Assembly (NCBI GenBank): GCA_030704615.1
Contig: CM060732.1
Location: 29,264,001 to 29,328,000, forward strand
DNA length: 64,000 nucleotides
Reading direction: 5' to 3'
Source of the DNA: Takakia lepidozioides
Lineage: Eukaryota > Plantae > Bryophyta
Shown here: positions 11,001-23,010 of the stretch, piece after piece
Layout of the letters: every line of letters begins with the position of its first letter
Numbering within the stretch: position 1 is the first letter of the stretch
Program-made: the position numbers and the translations under genes
The notes under the pieces: model-generated
The model's input: the letters and a program-made list of their open reading frames with translations, nothing else
The model's database searches: none
Told to the model about the DNA's origin: nothing

Positions 11001-12972
11001 AGATGATGCAACTTTGGCTTGGACTCAAGATACTTCTCAAACTCATCATTGACTGTTTTCCAATGACTATCCCATGTAGAGATGATATCAGGACCTACAT
11101 CTATAGTAGATCCATCAATCCCCTCAACAGAAACATAGAACACGGCTGCTCCTGGATGGTATCCAGAATAGAAGTCTCCTCTAAGCTTTAGGATGTCGTT
11201 GGCAAGGGCGGGCCTAACAACCTGCATAGAAATCATGCGACACAATGGAATGTCCATAACTCCATCCTCAATGAGGAGGGACCTGAAAGTTACATTCAGA
11301 TCTTGTTTCTTTTCCAGAATAATTGCCTGTTTGGCATCTAGAGAAAGAGGATCACTAGATGTTGTATCCTCTTCATACTCATCTGCCCCCCAATTCCCTG
11401 CATCAATGTCGTCAATAATGGTTGCAAGCGTCCCGGCCTCCACAGCTTCAGTTGTAGTAGTAATTTCCTAATTCCATAGACCAAAACAGTTCAAGATGTC
11501 AGTGTATGAGAAGAGCACATGTGTGAATGTATAATATGTAAAAAGAGCAGTTCAGTGTCATGGTTGCATGAAGAAAACAAATGAATTTGGATAGTCAACT
11601 AATTCCATGAATATCCTTGTCTTTCAAAGCTTACAACTTGGAGCAGAATACAGGCGTGAGCATCCCGACAGAGGACCTCCGACCACCTACGCCGGCGCAT
11701 ATGACACATATGTGCAACCAACTCAAATTTGACAAGATTTGAGGCCCTTGAAGAAATTTTTGCTCAAGGAGCTCCAAGCATATGCGCCGGCGCATACCAT
11801 GGAAGGGAGGTTGTAGCCAAACATACAGGAGCACCTTGAAAGATCAAACTAGGCCTATGGAAGCATGTGGAGTTGTGGAGGTGGCAACGTAGAAGCTTTG
11901 AGATACTTGAATACTGTGATCAACCAAAATAGGGAAGGTTCCCCAAGCGTCTGCGCCGACGGAGGTGGCAGCCTCGACACTTTGGAGCTTACGTAACACA
12001 AGGAATATACAACAAAAAACCAAGCTCCAAGCATCTCCGCCGGCGGAGATGCTTGCATGAGGTTCCTGAAACCTAGGAGCTAAGCAAAAAAAGATTGTGC
12101 TCAATGGGTATGCGCCGGCGGATATGGCAGCCCAGCCCGCTCGGAGCATCAACAACTTATGAGAATGCGGAGAAACAAAAGAGATGGAAGGGGGGAGAAC
12201 TTCCTGAAATATGTGAGCAGCCCTGCTGCACGGGTCTGTGTTGACAGAGGTGGCAGCCTTGGCGCTTTGGAGCTTCCGTAACACAGGGAATATGCAAAAA
12301 AAAACCAAGCTCCAAGTGTCTCCGCCGGTGGAGACGCTTGCAGGAGGTTCCTGAAACCTATGATCTGAGCAAAAAAGAATGTACTCAATGGGTATGCGCC
12401 GGCGGATATGCCAGCGCAGCCCACTCGGAGCATCAGCAACTTTTGAGCATGCGGAAAAACAAAGAAGATGGAAAAGGGGAGAACTTCCTGAAACATTTGA
12501 GCAGCCCTGCTGCACAGGTATGCGCCGGCGGATACGCCAGCCCAACCCGCTCGGAGCATCAGCAACGTATGAGCATGCAAAAAAATAAACGGGATGGGAG
12601 TAGAGGAGCACTCTGAAACATGAAACATGCGAGCATCCCAGCTCCAACGGTATGCGCCGGCGGAGGTGGCAGCCCAGCCCTTCCAAGCATCAGAAAAAAA
12701 CCAAGGGGAATGAGCTGTCTCCGCCGGCGGAGACGGTTGTGTGTATGTGTGGAGATTCGCAAACTTGTGAGAGTTGAAGTGACTTAGGCATCTGCGCCGG
12801 CGGAGGTGCTAGATTAGGAGCAGCTTGGTGGGGCTTATGCGATGGCGCATATGCCTAAGTGCAGGTCATGAAAAAAAACAAAACTACAGCTTACCTTCTC
12901 CGTCCGCAGCTTGCCTCTACCACCACCACCACCAGCAACGCCTCCCCCTCGAGTGTCCTTCTTCCTCCCCAT
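8006..12972 (-). pseudogene. ParB/Srx-like + beta-class amino-methyltransferase-like gene, paralogue A (multi-exon, 3'-truncated at motif I)
   Basis: First exon MGRKKDTRGGG..RTEK|gtaagc (12972-12895); DIPLCRM...MFHVWDGNHRLQAW (11443-10825); VDMIIVDCPTG..PPWN...LLDDNGCLVFL; RSPAFMQVLLETCSPPGSRILDLT; GT-AG introns between ORF blocks. Confidence 0.85.
11685..12810. repeat. Degenerate tandem repeats centred on the palindrome CGCCGGCG
   Basis: About ten CGCCGGCG or one-mismatch copies; ~285-bp block near 11960-12230 recurs near 12245-12515. Confidence 0.85.
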
Positions 12973-14032
12973 CGCCGCAACAGCTCGTTGCCTCGGTGGT
13001 ATAGTATAAGGCCGAGATGCGGCGCCTCCGTCTCCTCTTCGCAACGGGAGTCTCCAGGGTGTAGAGACTAGAGACGTGTTAAGTGCTTGTGTAGTTTGTG
13101 TGTGTTTGTTTTGGGGAGTGGCAAGGGATAATGTGCAAGTATACTAGACTACGTTAGTGTAGTAATGATACCGGGTTAGTCATGTAGTAATGGCAACAAG
13201 TTTAACTGAATAGAAACAGTTTATTAACAAAAAAGTAGAGGTTGTTTCATTGAATAGAGCATGGCTTGTTGGTAAGGTTGTGGTGTATTTTCCACTAGGT
13301 TGCGGGTTCAAACCTGCCCCCGCCAAGGAGAGCGGGGGGAAAGGGGGGCGAGGGCGAAGGCTAAGCCTTAAAAAGGCCAAATTGGCCAAATCTGAAATGT
13401 GAACCTTTTTTATACACTCTGGCGTTAGTGCTTTTTGGACTACATGGGTTACACGTGGATCCTCAGAAGATGGTTGTACGATTGACATGTTACTTTGTGG
13501 CGGCGCCTTCATAATACAATATAAAGTAAGTGATAAAGTAACTAAATATTTTGTTATGGGTGTCTTAATCAATTTATTGGTTTTAGAGTCAATTGTCGCC
13601 ACAAATACTTGTACTCATTACTCATACATGAGTAATCAAAGAACAAATCAACATACATGTCATGGGATTTGATTGTAAATATTGTGCCGTCTAGTGTGTC
13701 AGTTCATAGTTGGACGATTAATCAACGATTGGTTGTAAAATAAATGGAAACATGCAGAGCATTTATGTTTCATATGCTCATAAGAAGAAGGCAGTACATT
13801 GGATTCTAAGATCTCAACAACGGCGCCGTCGTCTTAAAAATAGGGATAGTCCATTTAGTTGTTTCTGTCAGAGAATAATATGGATGGAGCACATGCCTCA
13901 AAAAATTTGGACCTTCTGGATTGATGATACACATAAGTAATGTAAGCCATTTAATGTATTTGCATAAGGTCTTGCAAGATGTGCGCTTTCATTCATTTTG
14001 CATCTTCTCTCAAACTTTGAGGGCATTGCCAA

Positions 14033-17000
14033 ATGTCTACACCAAAATATGCAGTGCTTTCATGTCCACCTGATGCAAAAGTGGTTCGTTATCCTTGCAA
14101 TGGAAACAAGTGCATTATCCCAGAACCTTGGTTATGCAATAGATTCAAACTTGTTCCGGGTTCAGTTTTTTTGGAGGATGATGGAGATGATGATGCCTCC
14201 ACAGTGTTGCTTCCAGTTTTCAATGACGGCCAAAAGCAATGGGAGTTGTTTCCAGACACTTTCTCCAAGTACCGTGTCACAGGTACGAGCTATACACAGT
14301 CACATGATGAGAGGCACACTTCTATTGCAAGAAAGAACGATCAAGCTGCAACAAATGGGAGTTGTAAATTGAAGGAGGAGGTTGCAGATTCGGCGAGCTT
14401 GGGGTCTCATAATTCGGATTGTGTTGAGGTTTCTAAGAGTGTATTTTGTGGATCTCAACCTTCCTCATCTGCTCATACGGTCTTGCTTCACGACATGAAG
14501 CCTCGGAAAACTCCATTGGACAACACCACGTCTGATTGTTGCGAATCTGCGAGGGGTTTATCTTCATCTCCACGACTAGGGGGAGGCTACATCTGCATTT
14601 CCTTCTGGTGTGTTGTCCATTTTGAGTATCTTGGCCACTGCTCGGAGGAATGGATCAAAAGGAGAGCTTTCTACCTTGGACTATAGTCACATTCCAGTGC
14701 ATCGTGTTCGGTGTCTTCCTCGAGCTTTTGATGGAAAAGTGATCCACGAACTCCCCCCCGTGGTCAAACTACGTACGGACCGTGGTTCACAGTCCCTCCA
14801 AGGCATGGACCGCAAGTTTGATGGTCATCCTTGGTGCAAGACCAATACCTACAATATGTCTGGTGTTCCAGATCATGTGAAATGTAGTAAGGATTTGTGT
14901 TGGAATGCTCAAATGTCAAGCAGCAACTCGGATAGCCCTGCGTTCTTCAAGAAACTACAATTAGAAGGAGAATGGAATGACCGCTATGGGAAGGCAATGC
15001 AGACAAGGTGTTCATGCAGGAGCCCAAGTTCCATTCAACCAGTTCAAGTGTAGTTTCTGCAAAGAAAGACTTTTCTGTGAGGCGCATTGTGGGGCAAGAA
15101 TGTACTATGTCACAAGTTCCCTTCCAACATATACACGTGTTGTAGTTCATGTTAGGTTTCATAACCATCCATGTGCCAAGGGCAAGAATAGAGAGGCTAC
15201 GGAAAATGCATCAAGCATGATTCAAGAGCACGTTAAGACGACCTCGGGAGCTATTTCCTTGTCAATGGCCCAAAAGCTCTTGATTGATCGAGTTCTTGTG
15301 GCTGATGGCACAGAGACATACGTCTTGAGGGAGAGGCTTTGGAAGATATTCTTGAAGAGTTTGCCCATGTTTGTAGCCCCAATGTGAAAAACAAGGTCGC
15401 ATCTGCACGTGTCAATTCCATCATGTCCATATTGGAGTTGAAGCGTCTGAGTACATACCATTTCATTCACAGCAATCTCCTTCCAGGCCAGCATACTTCT
15501 CATCTCCCCCATGTTTTCAAGATGTCTGTTGCTGGTCCCGGGAGTGGTGTTGATCTTGTGCGTCGCATGAGTGAGGGGGATCTACGCACAAGTTGGGTAG
15601 TATTTGACCATGTCAAATGCATCAAGGATTGGACAACTCTTGCGTGTCATGTCTATGAACCATATGTCAAGCGAATGATGACCATTGCCATTTGCGATAT
15701 GAAAACAGAGGATGCAGATGCTCAGGTGTTATTCTAGGAGATGATCAATGAACAGCAAAACTTGCTGGCTTGAACAAACCAAATTTTGCTGGCTTCATGG
15801 CGGATGCAGCAGGAGCGAATTGGGCTGCTGTTCGAAGGGTTTTGGATCTGATCCCAATGTCCCAATGGAGGGTAAAGAAAGAGCATGTTTATATCATTGG
15901 GCTGAAAGCCTCCGAAGACACACCAACGACTATATCTTGGAGGACTTCCGTGAAAGGCACACTCAGCTCTGTTATGAATGGAAAGATAGTGCTACCTTGG
16001 AGGATGCTACAACCACATACATTGCAATTCGGGCTTGGTGGCTCTCGGGCATGCACAGAAAAGAGTCTGCCAAAACTGGATTCATGGCTTGCATGGTGGC
16101 ACTACAGATATCGAATGTGGGGCCAATGGATGAGAGAGGACACGGATGTGGAGGCAGATGCAGATATGCCTACCACTAATTTGTCTGAGGCAGTCCATTC
16201 TGCTTGTGGAAGATAGCAGGCAATGGGAAAAAAATGAAGGTGGATCTATATGAGGCCACCATGCATGACATGTCACAAGCTCTTTTGCAGCAGGCAACAT
16301 TTTACAGGCACACCACAGGAAAGACATGGGGGACGGGGCCCGACAAAGAGGAGCTCATGTTGCGTCAAGCAGCTAGATTTAATAGCCCAGCAAAAATGGG
16401 TAAGGTTGTACGTGGCATAGTAGCTGGAACACCCATGCACACAAGGGGGGTTCAATTGGAGGGAGACAATCGCACTATTCCAGTCAAACGCAAGTTAGGC
16501 GATGAGCATGGTGGGCCAAACGAATCTTGGAGGTGTGATATGAATGTAAAGACTGTTCCAGTGCGCGCCACTGGGATGCCCAGTCCACACCAGCCATCTA
16601 GGTTTGTCAGCTCCAAATCAAGTCATGACATTCCTGGCTCTTCGACTTTCTATGAGACAAATCCACATGTTGCTATCCCTCCAGAGCCAATGCAATGGGG
16701 AAATCTAGTGAGAGAGACACAAGACTTTTCCGATGCATTGTTCAGGATTCAGCGGACAGGTCCTGCTTCCATGGTTCGTTGTTATGCCTTGGTTGGAGTT
16801 TCCAAAGATAAATGCAAAGCGCTCATCAGGAAAGGTAAAGGAAGTCCTGCACCTTGCTTCACTGGCAAGTTACTAGCACCGAACATGAAAGAACCAAAAC
16901 TGCAAGTTTTTTGGTTTTGCCCCACAGATGTTTTGTCGTGTGTTGGAGGGACCGTGACATCCTATTGCTTGGGAAAACCGGGTATACCTAACGTGTGGCC

Positions 17001-17540
17001 TGTGAAGGTTGGAACCAACCTTACACAAGAAGAGGTGGACAACTTGACCCTTGCAGGTTTTCGACTAGTCCATCCTCCTAACGTTCCTGATCCGAACTTT
17101 CCTGTGGGACCACTTCTAGTGGAACAACATATTCATCAAGGTGTTGTCCTTCCTGTGGGTAAGTATCCCACTACACGCTATGGGGTGCGCATTCGGCGTC
17201 TCGACACTTGAGTCGCCAAGAGTCAGCGGAGACTCTTATTGCTGAGGTTCGTGGATTCAGAAACGTGCCTCAGCTAGGTTATGGGAGAATTACCAGCTAC
17301 AAACAGAGGATCTACCAGAGCAGGATTGGTTTACAATGTATACATTGGTCAGTTTCCATCTTGTGATTGTCCCGACTCTGATGAGCTATCTGTCAAGAAG
17401 AAAAATAAACATATCTACCTTGTAAGCACATGTACTTCATGTACAACGTGCATCTAGGATGCGCCGGGGCTTATGAGATCCACCAACCTTCCCTTAGCCA
17501 GTTAGAGGTTAGGGCTATGCTAAAGAAGGACCCTAGTTCA
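14033..17540 (+). pseudogene. Mutator/MULE-type DDE transposase with GCM-like zinc domain and C-terminal SWIM finger (frameshifted)
   Basis: DGHPWCKTN..C.G...C..CSFCK..LFC...C...HNHP (GCM-like); WVVFDHVK, FMADAAGAN, CLYHW (CxxH), TNLSEAVH (catalytic E); YIGQFPSCDCPD..CKHMY (SWIM, ~17335-17440). Confidence 0.85.
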
Positions 17541-18119
17541 ACTTCTTAGTGACACATGAAATGCACAAAAAAAGAACCTCTAACTTGTGCTGTTCATTTT
17601 CATGCATGTGACATGTAATTATCTTGTTACTACTTTTTTCCAAACATGACACATAGCATTTGTTAGTACAAAAGTTCCTATTTTGGTTAAAATGGAACTT
17701 GTGTACCTGTCATACAAGTTTTCAAATTATAGAACTGCTTGGCATTACAAACAGACATGCAATGTGGTGGTTCCAAACATGACACATATGCATTTGTTAG
17801 TACAAAAGTCCATATTTTGGTTAATATGAAACTGTTTTCCTTGAATACAAGTTTGCAAACTATTACTTTGGCCAGGGATCTTGTATTCTCTTCAGTTTAA
17901 GGTGGTGCATTAGTTGGAGTTAGTGGTCACATGCATCTTTGACTATTGACTACTGATTTTGTTAGCTAAGATTTTTATTTTATTTTTTTCTATATACATA
18001 TGATGTAACATTTACATATGCAATAAATACGTCGTATTCTATGTTATATAACTCCACTGCATACAATCTACAATGTGTGCATATAAATTTGTCACATGCA
18101 TATATAATAAGGGATTTTG

Positions 18120-18162
18120 TGCATGCATGCACGCAACCTGTGCATATGGAGTAGCAACCCCC
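18120..18162 (-). mobile_element. Probable terminus of the MULE-like element (GGGGGTTGCTACTCCATATGC on minus strand)
   Basis: End of AT-rich subterminal DNA, abrupt switch to gypsy gag at 18163; loose inverted similarity to 46174-46200. Confidence 0.55.
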
Positions 18163-20300
18163 TGTGACACCATGTTGCCTTCCGTGGCCCTTCATCTTTA
18201 AAATTCTTGATAGCCTCTGCTATCTTCTGATCCAAAGTGGTTTTGTGAACCACTTCTTTCTTCTTTTGCTTGGGTTTTTTTTTCATCATTGGCGTCTTCT
18301 TCTTCCAAGGGATCCTTGGAATCTTTGCTTATGCTCTGATGGAATCCCAATTCAAATTTCTTTGCAGTTCCTACTGCTTCAGCCAAAGTGTTGTTAGGCA
18401 TGACTGTGACCATGGTTACATATTCAAGACTAAGTCCATTGATGAACCATGATTTTTGCAAATCATCCCCTGGTGCTTGAGGTAGCTTCCTGATCAGAGT
18501 CTTCATTCTCTCCAGGTAGTCGACTACCAGTTCTTTTTTTTTCTGTCTCAGTTCTGTAATCCCGTGAAGATTTCAGACGTGGATTTGTTGGATCTATATC
18601 TTTCTTGAAATGCGGCTCTCATATCCGCCCAATTTGCAAAGTGATTTGCTGGAAAGGTTGCCAACCATTCAATGCCTTTCCTGGCCAGTGAACAAGGAAA
18701 TAATCGGATCCTGGTCTATTGCTTCATTGTAAATGGTACACATGTTCTCAAATTGATTAAGATGGATATCTGGATCAGATTTCCCATCATATAAAGGGAA
18801 CGGCGGTCTGGTTTTGCTCGCTGCTAAAGCCATTGGTGCAGCTGGTACAACTGGTGCTGCTGGTGCAACTGGTTGTCCCAACTGGGATGGTCCCACTGCT
18901 GCTGGCTGTGGTGGTGTTGGTGTTTGTCTTCCAAACAGTGATTCAAAGCTAGGAGGCCCTTGTCCCAATGATAGCCGTCTTCCAGCTGCTGTCCCTACTA
19001 AGCTTAATGAATCTTTAAAAGCTTTGAGTGCAGTTCTGGTTACCCTTTCCAGAGAAGTGGTTTCACTTCTTTCACCTTCTTCACTCAGAATGTTCTCAAA
19101 TCTCTCCTCTAATATTTCAGCAAAGCCTCGATTTGGACTTGTTTCAGATCTTTCCTGTGGTAACCATTCACCAAGTGCATTACTGGCAACTTCTTTTGGT
19201 GTAGTGTTCCCACTTCCCACCGATCCGATTTCCTGATCTTTTGATTTATCACTGTCAATTTGTCTTGATGTCTCTCCTTGAATAATATTCAAGTTCTGTA
19301 ATTCTGGGAACTCTTCTCTTAACCGAGCTTCCATTTCTGCAGCATATTTATCTATTCGTTCAGCTCTGTCTTGCTTAGATTTTTATTTAATTTCCTCATT
19401 CATTCCCACATCATATGTAGAATTCCTTTTCAGCACCCTTTAATCAGTCTTGGTATGTCAGTAAAGAAAATTTATAGTGGTCTCTACCATTTCTCCAAGA
19501 TTTACCCTATCTTGCCAGAATCCGTATTACGACTTAATTTTCCTTTTTACTGATTGATCACCAAACTTTTAATGGGCACAATAATACCATATGTATTTCT
19601 CAGTGTATCTGACTTGCAACAAGTCTTTGGGTATCCAGTATTCCACTGCCTCTATGATCATGTGACAATATTCATAATTTGAACATCATTCTCTGAAAAT
19701 ATAACTAGTGTAGCAAACTTTTTTGATTGGGATTAGAGTAATCAACAAAGCTAGACGAGACAACCATTCTTCACTTCTGATTCTACATTCCCAAGGTACT
19801 CGTGTAATACTGATCACTCCTCCCTTCAAACCCCATTTGTCATCTTCTTTCGCAATTGAAAGAAAGATCTTCTGTTGTATCGTTATTGGTAGGCCATGAA
19901 ATTTTTCCAGGAATGTTTTCCATTCCTTTGCTTCCGTCGACTCGTTCTTTTGTGATTTCAAGAAATCACTGAGTAACCATCCTTCCTTAAGTACACTTGA
20001 ACTCAACATACCGTTAGTCCCCAGTATGGTCGCCAAATGTTTCAGTACTTCCCACCATTCCAAATGTGTCTTCAATGTTTGTTTCCTTCGTTCTATTCCA
20101 GTGCGCGACATCTCTTTGGGATTGAAGGGGATGCCGAGATTTACAAGAACCTCCTGATGGGTTTGGGTGGACACACTTCTCAAGTCTTTCCGAAGCCCAT
20201 TCCCGGTGATATCGATACAGGAGAGACTTCCGACAAGGAGCTGGACTCCGACTTTGCCTGTGAGTAAGTTCAACATGTGGATGCTTGCATTGTTGTTTCA
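18163..20300 (-). mobile_element. Ty3/gypsy (non-chromovirus) 5' fragment: LTR end, PBS, extra ORF, gag
   Basis: PBS TGGCGACCATACTGGGGA at 20035-20018 after ..CATT; gag FPLYDGKSDPDIHLNQFENMC, WFINGL; upstream ORF homologous to 42530-41983. Confidence 0.85.
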
Positions 20301-20949
20301 ATTCCCAGAATCACTGTTCTTAAGGCAAAGTGCACATGGGAGACATCCTCTTCGTTGGACTTGTGCATTGCATCATTGTGTTCAAAATGAGGTTTTGTCG
20401 ACTTGTGTAGGAGTCCGTGTGCTTCCACTGACCCTCCAGGGCTATCACACCTTTTTGGACTTCTTTCAAGTCCTCCTCAGTCTTACGTGCTACCCGTCTA
20501 TGCGGAGGCACTCGCAGCAAGCATGTCCGTTCATGGCACTCGCAGTCCAACCATCGACGGCCGTGGTAGAAGACGTGGTGTTGGGGCCGGAATCTTTGTG
20601 GATGACATAGCACAGGAGGTCGATACTGATTCTGATGACTGTGACACTTGATATGAAGTTTCTTTTTGCTTTTATTCGGGGCCAATTTTGAAATGGGATG
20701 GTTGTGTGTCTTTGTTGTCCTGTTTGCAATGTGTGCGTGGGATGCAAATTCATGGGAACAAACTATCGTTGGAGATGGGGGTTGCATGGACTGCCCGGAT
20801 TGTTCCTTCAATCTATTTAGTGTTTTGCGGAGTTCACAGGCTTGTGTGCATTGCAAAAACAAACAAACGTCTTTGATTTGGATAGAGCATTTTCGCATCA
20901 TTTGCTCATTGGTCTCCAAACCATTCCTGCCAGAAGAATGTTTGGTAAA

Positions 20950-21135
20950 TCCATCACGTTAAAGTCCACGTGATCAAAGATCGTTCAGGCATTCTTCTGG
21001 TGAACATCCATGATGCTCCCGCACATACTTGGCATGTTCGCAAGGGTGGTGAGTAAGAAAACATTTCGCAGGGATCCGCTTTGGATGATGTGAGTGTGCA
21101 CCTGCTCACGACGTAGCCACATTCCAATGCAGGGG
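20950..21135 (-). pseudogene. Inverted PPR fragment
   Basis: Reverse complement resembles 21430-21590 (QVHTHIIQSG..NVFLLTTLANM..CGSIMD; MPERSLITW). Confidence 0.75.
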
Positions 21136-21149
21136 CTTGGTATGTTGAT

Positions 21150-21328
21150 AACATCTAAATGGATGCAATGGATAGAAAGGATGGATACAATGGATGTAAC
21201 ACATCCAGTCTGCATTCCCCGGAAAGGGCTGATCAACCCGCGGTAATAGGTGACACCCACGGAAATAGGCTCTGTATGCATGCTGACGTGGCGTGAGCCT
21301 GTGCTGGGCTCACGGAATAACACCCCCC
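21150..21328 (-). mobile_element. DNA transposon terminus (GGGGGGTGTTATTCCGTGAGC on minus strand)
   Basis: Imperfect inverted repeat of the 3125 terminus; shares CACGGAAATAGG; GACGTGGCGTG motif also seen at 1213-1260. Confidence 0.55.
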
Positions 21329-22150
21329 AACTGAATGAGGCTCTACAAACTTTAAACCAAAGAGGCATTTCAACAGGTGTAGATACGTATGTGTATCTCT
21401 TACAAAAGTGCATCAAGATGAAAGGCCTAGAAGTTGGAAAGCAAGTGCACACTCACATTGTCCAAAGTGGATTCACGCTGAACATTTTTCTACTCAACAA
21501 CCTTGGCAATATGTATGTTAAGGGGAGCATCATGGATGTCACCAAGTGTTCAATATAGAATGCCTCAACGATCTTTGATCACGTGGAATATAATGTTGGT
21601 AGGATTACCAAGCATGGGCGTGGTACGAATGCTTTGGAGACCTGTGAACAAATGATGCGCAGAGGGATGAAGCCCAACCACATCGCGTTTGGATGTGTTT
21701 GCACTGTGTGTGCAAGCCTGGAAAAGGGGAACGAGGTCCATGGTGACATCGATCAAACCTGGAATTGCACTAGATGTCATTATGAACACTGCCCTGATTT
21801 GGACATGTATGCCAAATGTGGATGCATTGAGGATGCAAAGGGAGTTTTCGACACTATGGCTAAATGAGATGTGGTGTTGTGGAGTGCAATGCTTGCAGGG
21901 TATGCACAACAGGGACGTGGGATGGATGCTTTGGAGACCTATAATCAAATGATGGGGGAGGGGATGAAGCCCGGCCACTTTGTGTGCATTTGCAATGCTT
22001 GTGCAAGCCTGGCAGCCCTGGAGAAGGGCAAAGAGATGCATGGGGATATCATCAAAGCTGGAATTGTACCAAATGTCATTCTGAACACTGCCCTGGGAGC
22101 TCTGGAAAAGGAAAAGAGGTCCATGGCGACATCTTCAGAGTTGGAATTGT
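21329..22150 (+). pseudogene. PLS-class PPR pseudogene
   Basis: QLNEALQTL..TYVYLLQKC..LEVGKQVHTHIVQSG; DMYAKCGCIEDA; WSAMLAGYAQQG; multiple frameshifts. Confidence 0.9.
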
Positions 22151-22499
22151 AGACATAAAGTAGTTAGCACGAGGTGAAACAAATATTTCTACTCCGAATT
22201 TGGGAATGACCCAGAGCCTGCAGCATAGGCACGGTCTCGAATACATGATATTTCCTGCAACCATTGCGACGTGCAACAAATTAATAAGTAGTTATGTAAG
22301 CTCCATAACTTTGAATTTTTGTTTATCCATATGTCTATTATATATTCTACTTGTAAATATTACCTTCTAGTGGCTTCCATTTTCCTAAGAATCAGTCCAC
22401 ATATATGTAACTTAATGTATACTCCTATCCAAGCACTAACCTCATTCTCCATGATTTCCACAAGAGGAAGGTCCAAACTTGTTCCACCGACACTGGCTC

Positions 22500-23010
22500 C
22501 TTCCCAAACATAACCTTGTTCCATGGTCTCTTGCAAGTAACAACATTGTATTGACCGCGGTTCATCCATACTAATCGCCTGCGGTTTAGATGCCTCGGAG
22601 CTATGATGTGCAATGCATTTCGAACTTGGTCACGTGAGATTCGGTAGCCTTTCGATGCAAGAGCTGCTTTTATCATCCGTATGCCCCAGTTTGCACCCTC
22701 TTCTGTTGTAGGCACAATATCCTTTATAACCTGAACGAGCTCTGTCTCTGTGAGTTGATGTTTAACTCCACCCCAACCAGCATTGACCAATTTTTTCCGC
22801 AAGACGTTCATATGAATGTGCAACTGGGAAGCGACTGTGAATGTGTGACCGATATTGAGGAGTCGATCTACATGATTAACAAGATCACACATAGACGTTT
22901 GGGCTGTCACATTGTCCTGCATCCTGCAAAAATCAGTCAAGTGCTGCAAATTAATTTTTGTGGCAAGAAGTGCATGATGCCATTTTTTGTGGCATAGGCC
23001 CAAAAATATC
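22500..23010 (-). mobile_element. IS3EU/integrase-core-type transposase N-terminal fragment
   Basis: LTETELVQVIKDI...NWGIRMIKAALASKGYRISRDQVRNALHIIAP..LNRRR...RGQYNV fits the G.RM...L...G.R..R..VR..L...DP....R...RR.Y.V pattern that precedes the DDE core. Confidence 0.6.

Noticed and set aside
8006-11470. Bacterial contamination or a prokaryotic restriction-modification/partition locus
   Set aside because: Gene is split by GT-AG introns conserved between paralogues and is embedded among plant TEs and PPR fragments
11844-12686. 280-aa ORF and overlapping frames
   Set aside because: Arise from GC-rich tandem repeats; the true exon structure of this part of gene A cannot be resolved by eye
20320-20919. 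199-aa Cys/His-rich ORF
   Set aside because: No convincing motif; lies between a truncated LTR and a PPR fragment, so left unassigned
3125-21328. A single intact 18-kb transposon
   Set aside because: Ends match only imperfectly, no TSD is visible, and the interior is a chimera of two families plus gypsy and PPR pieces
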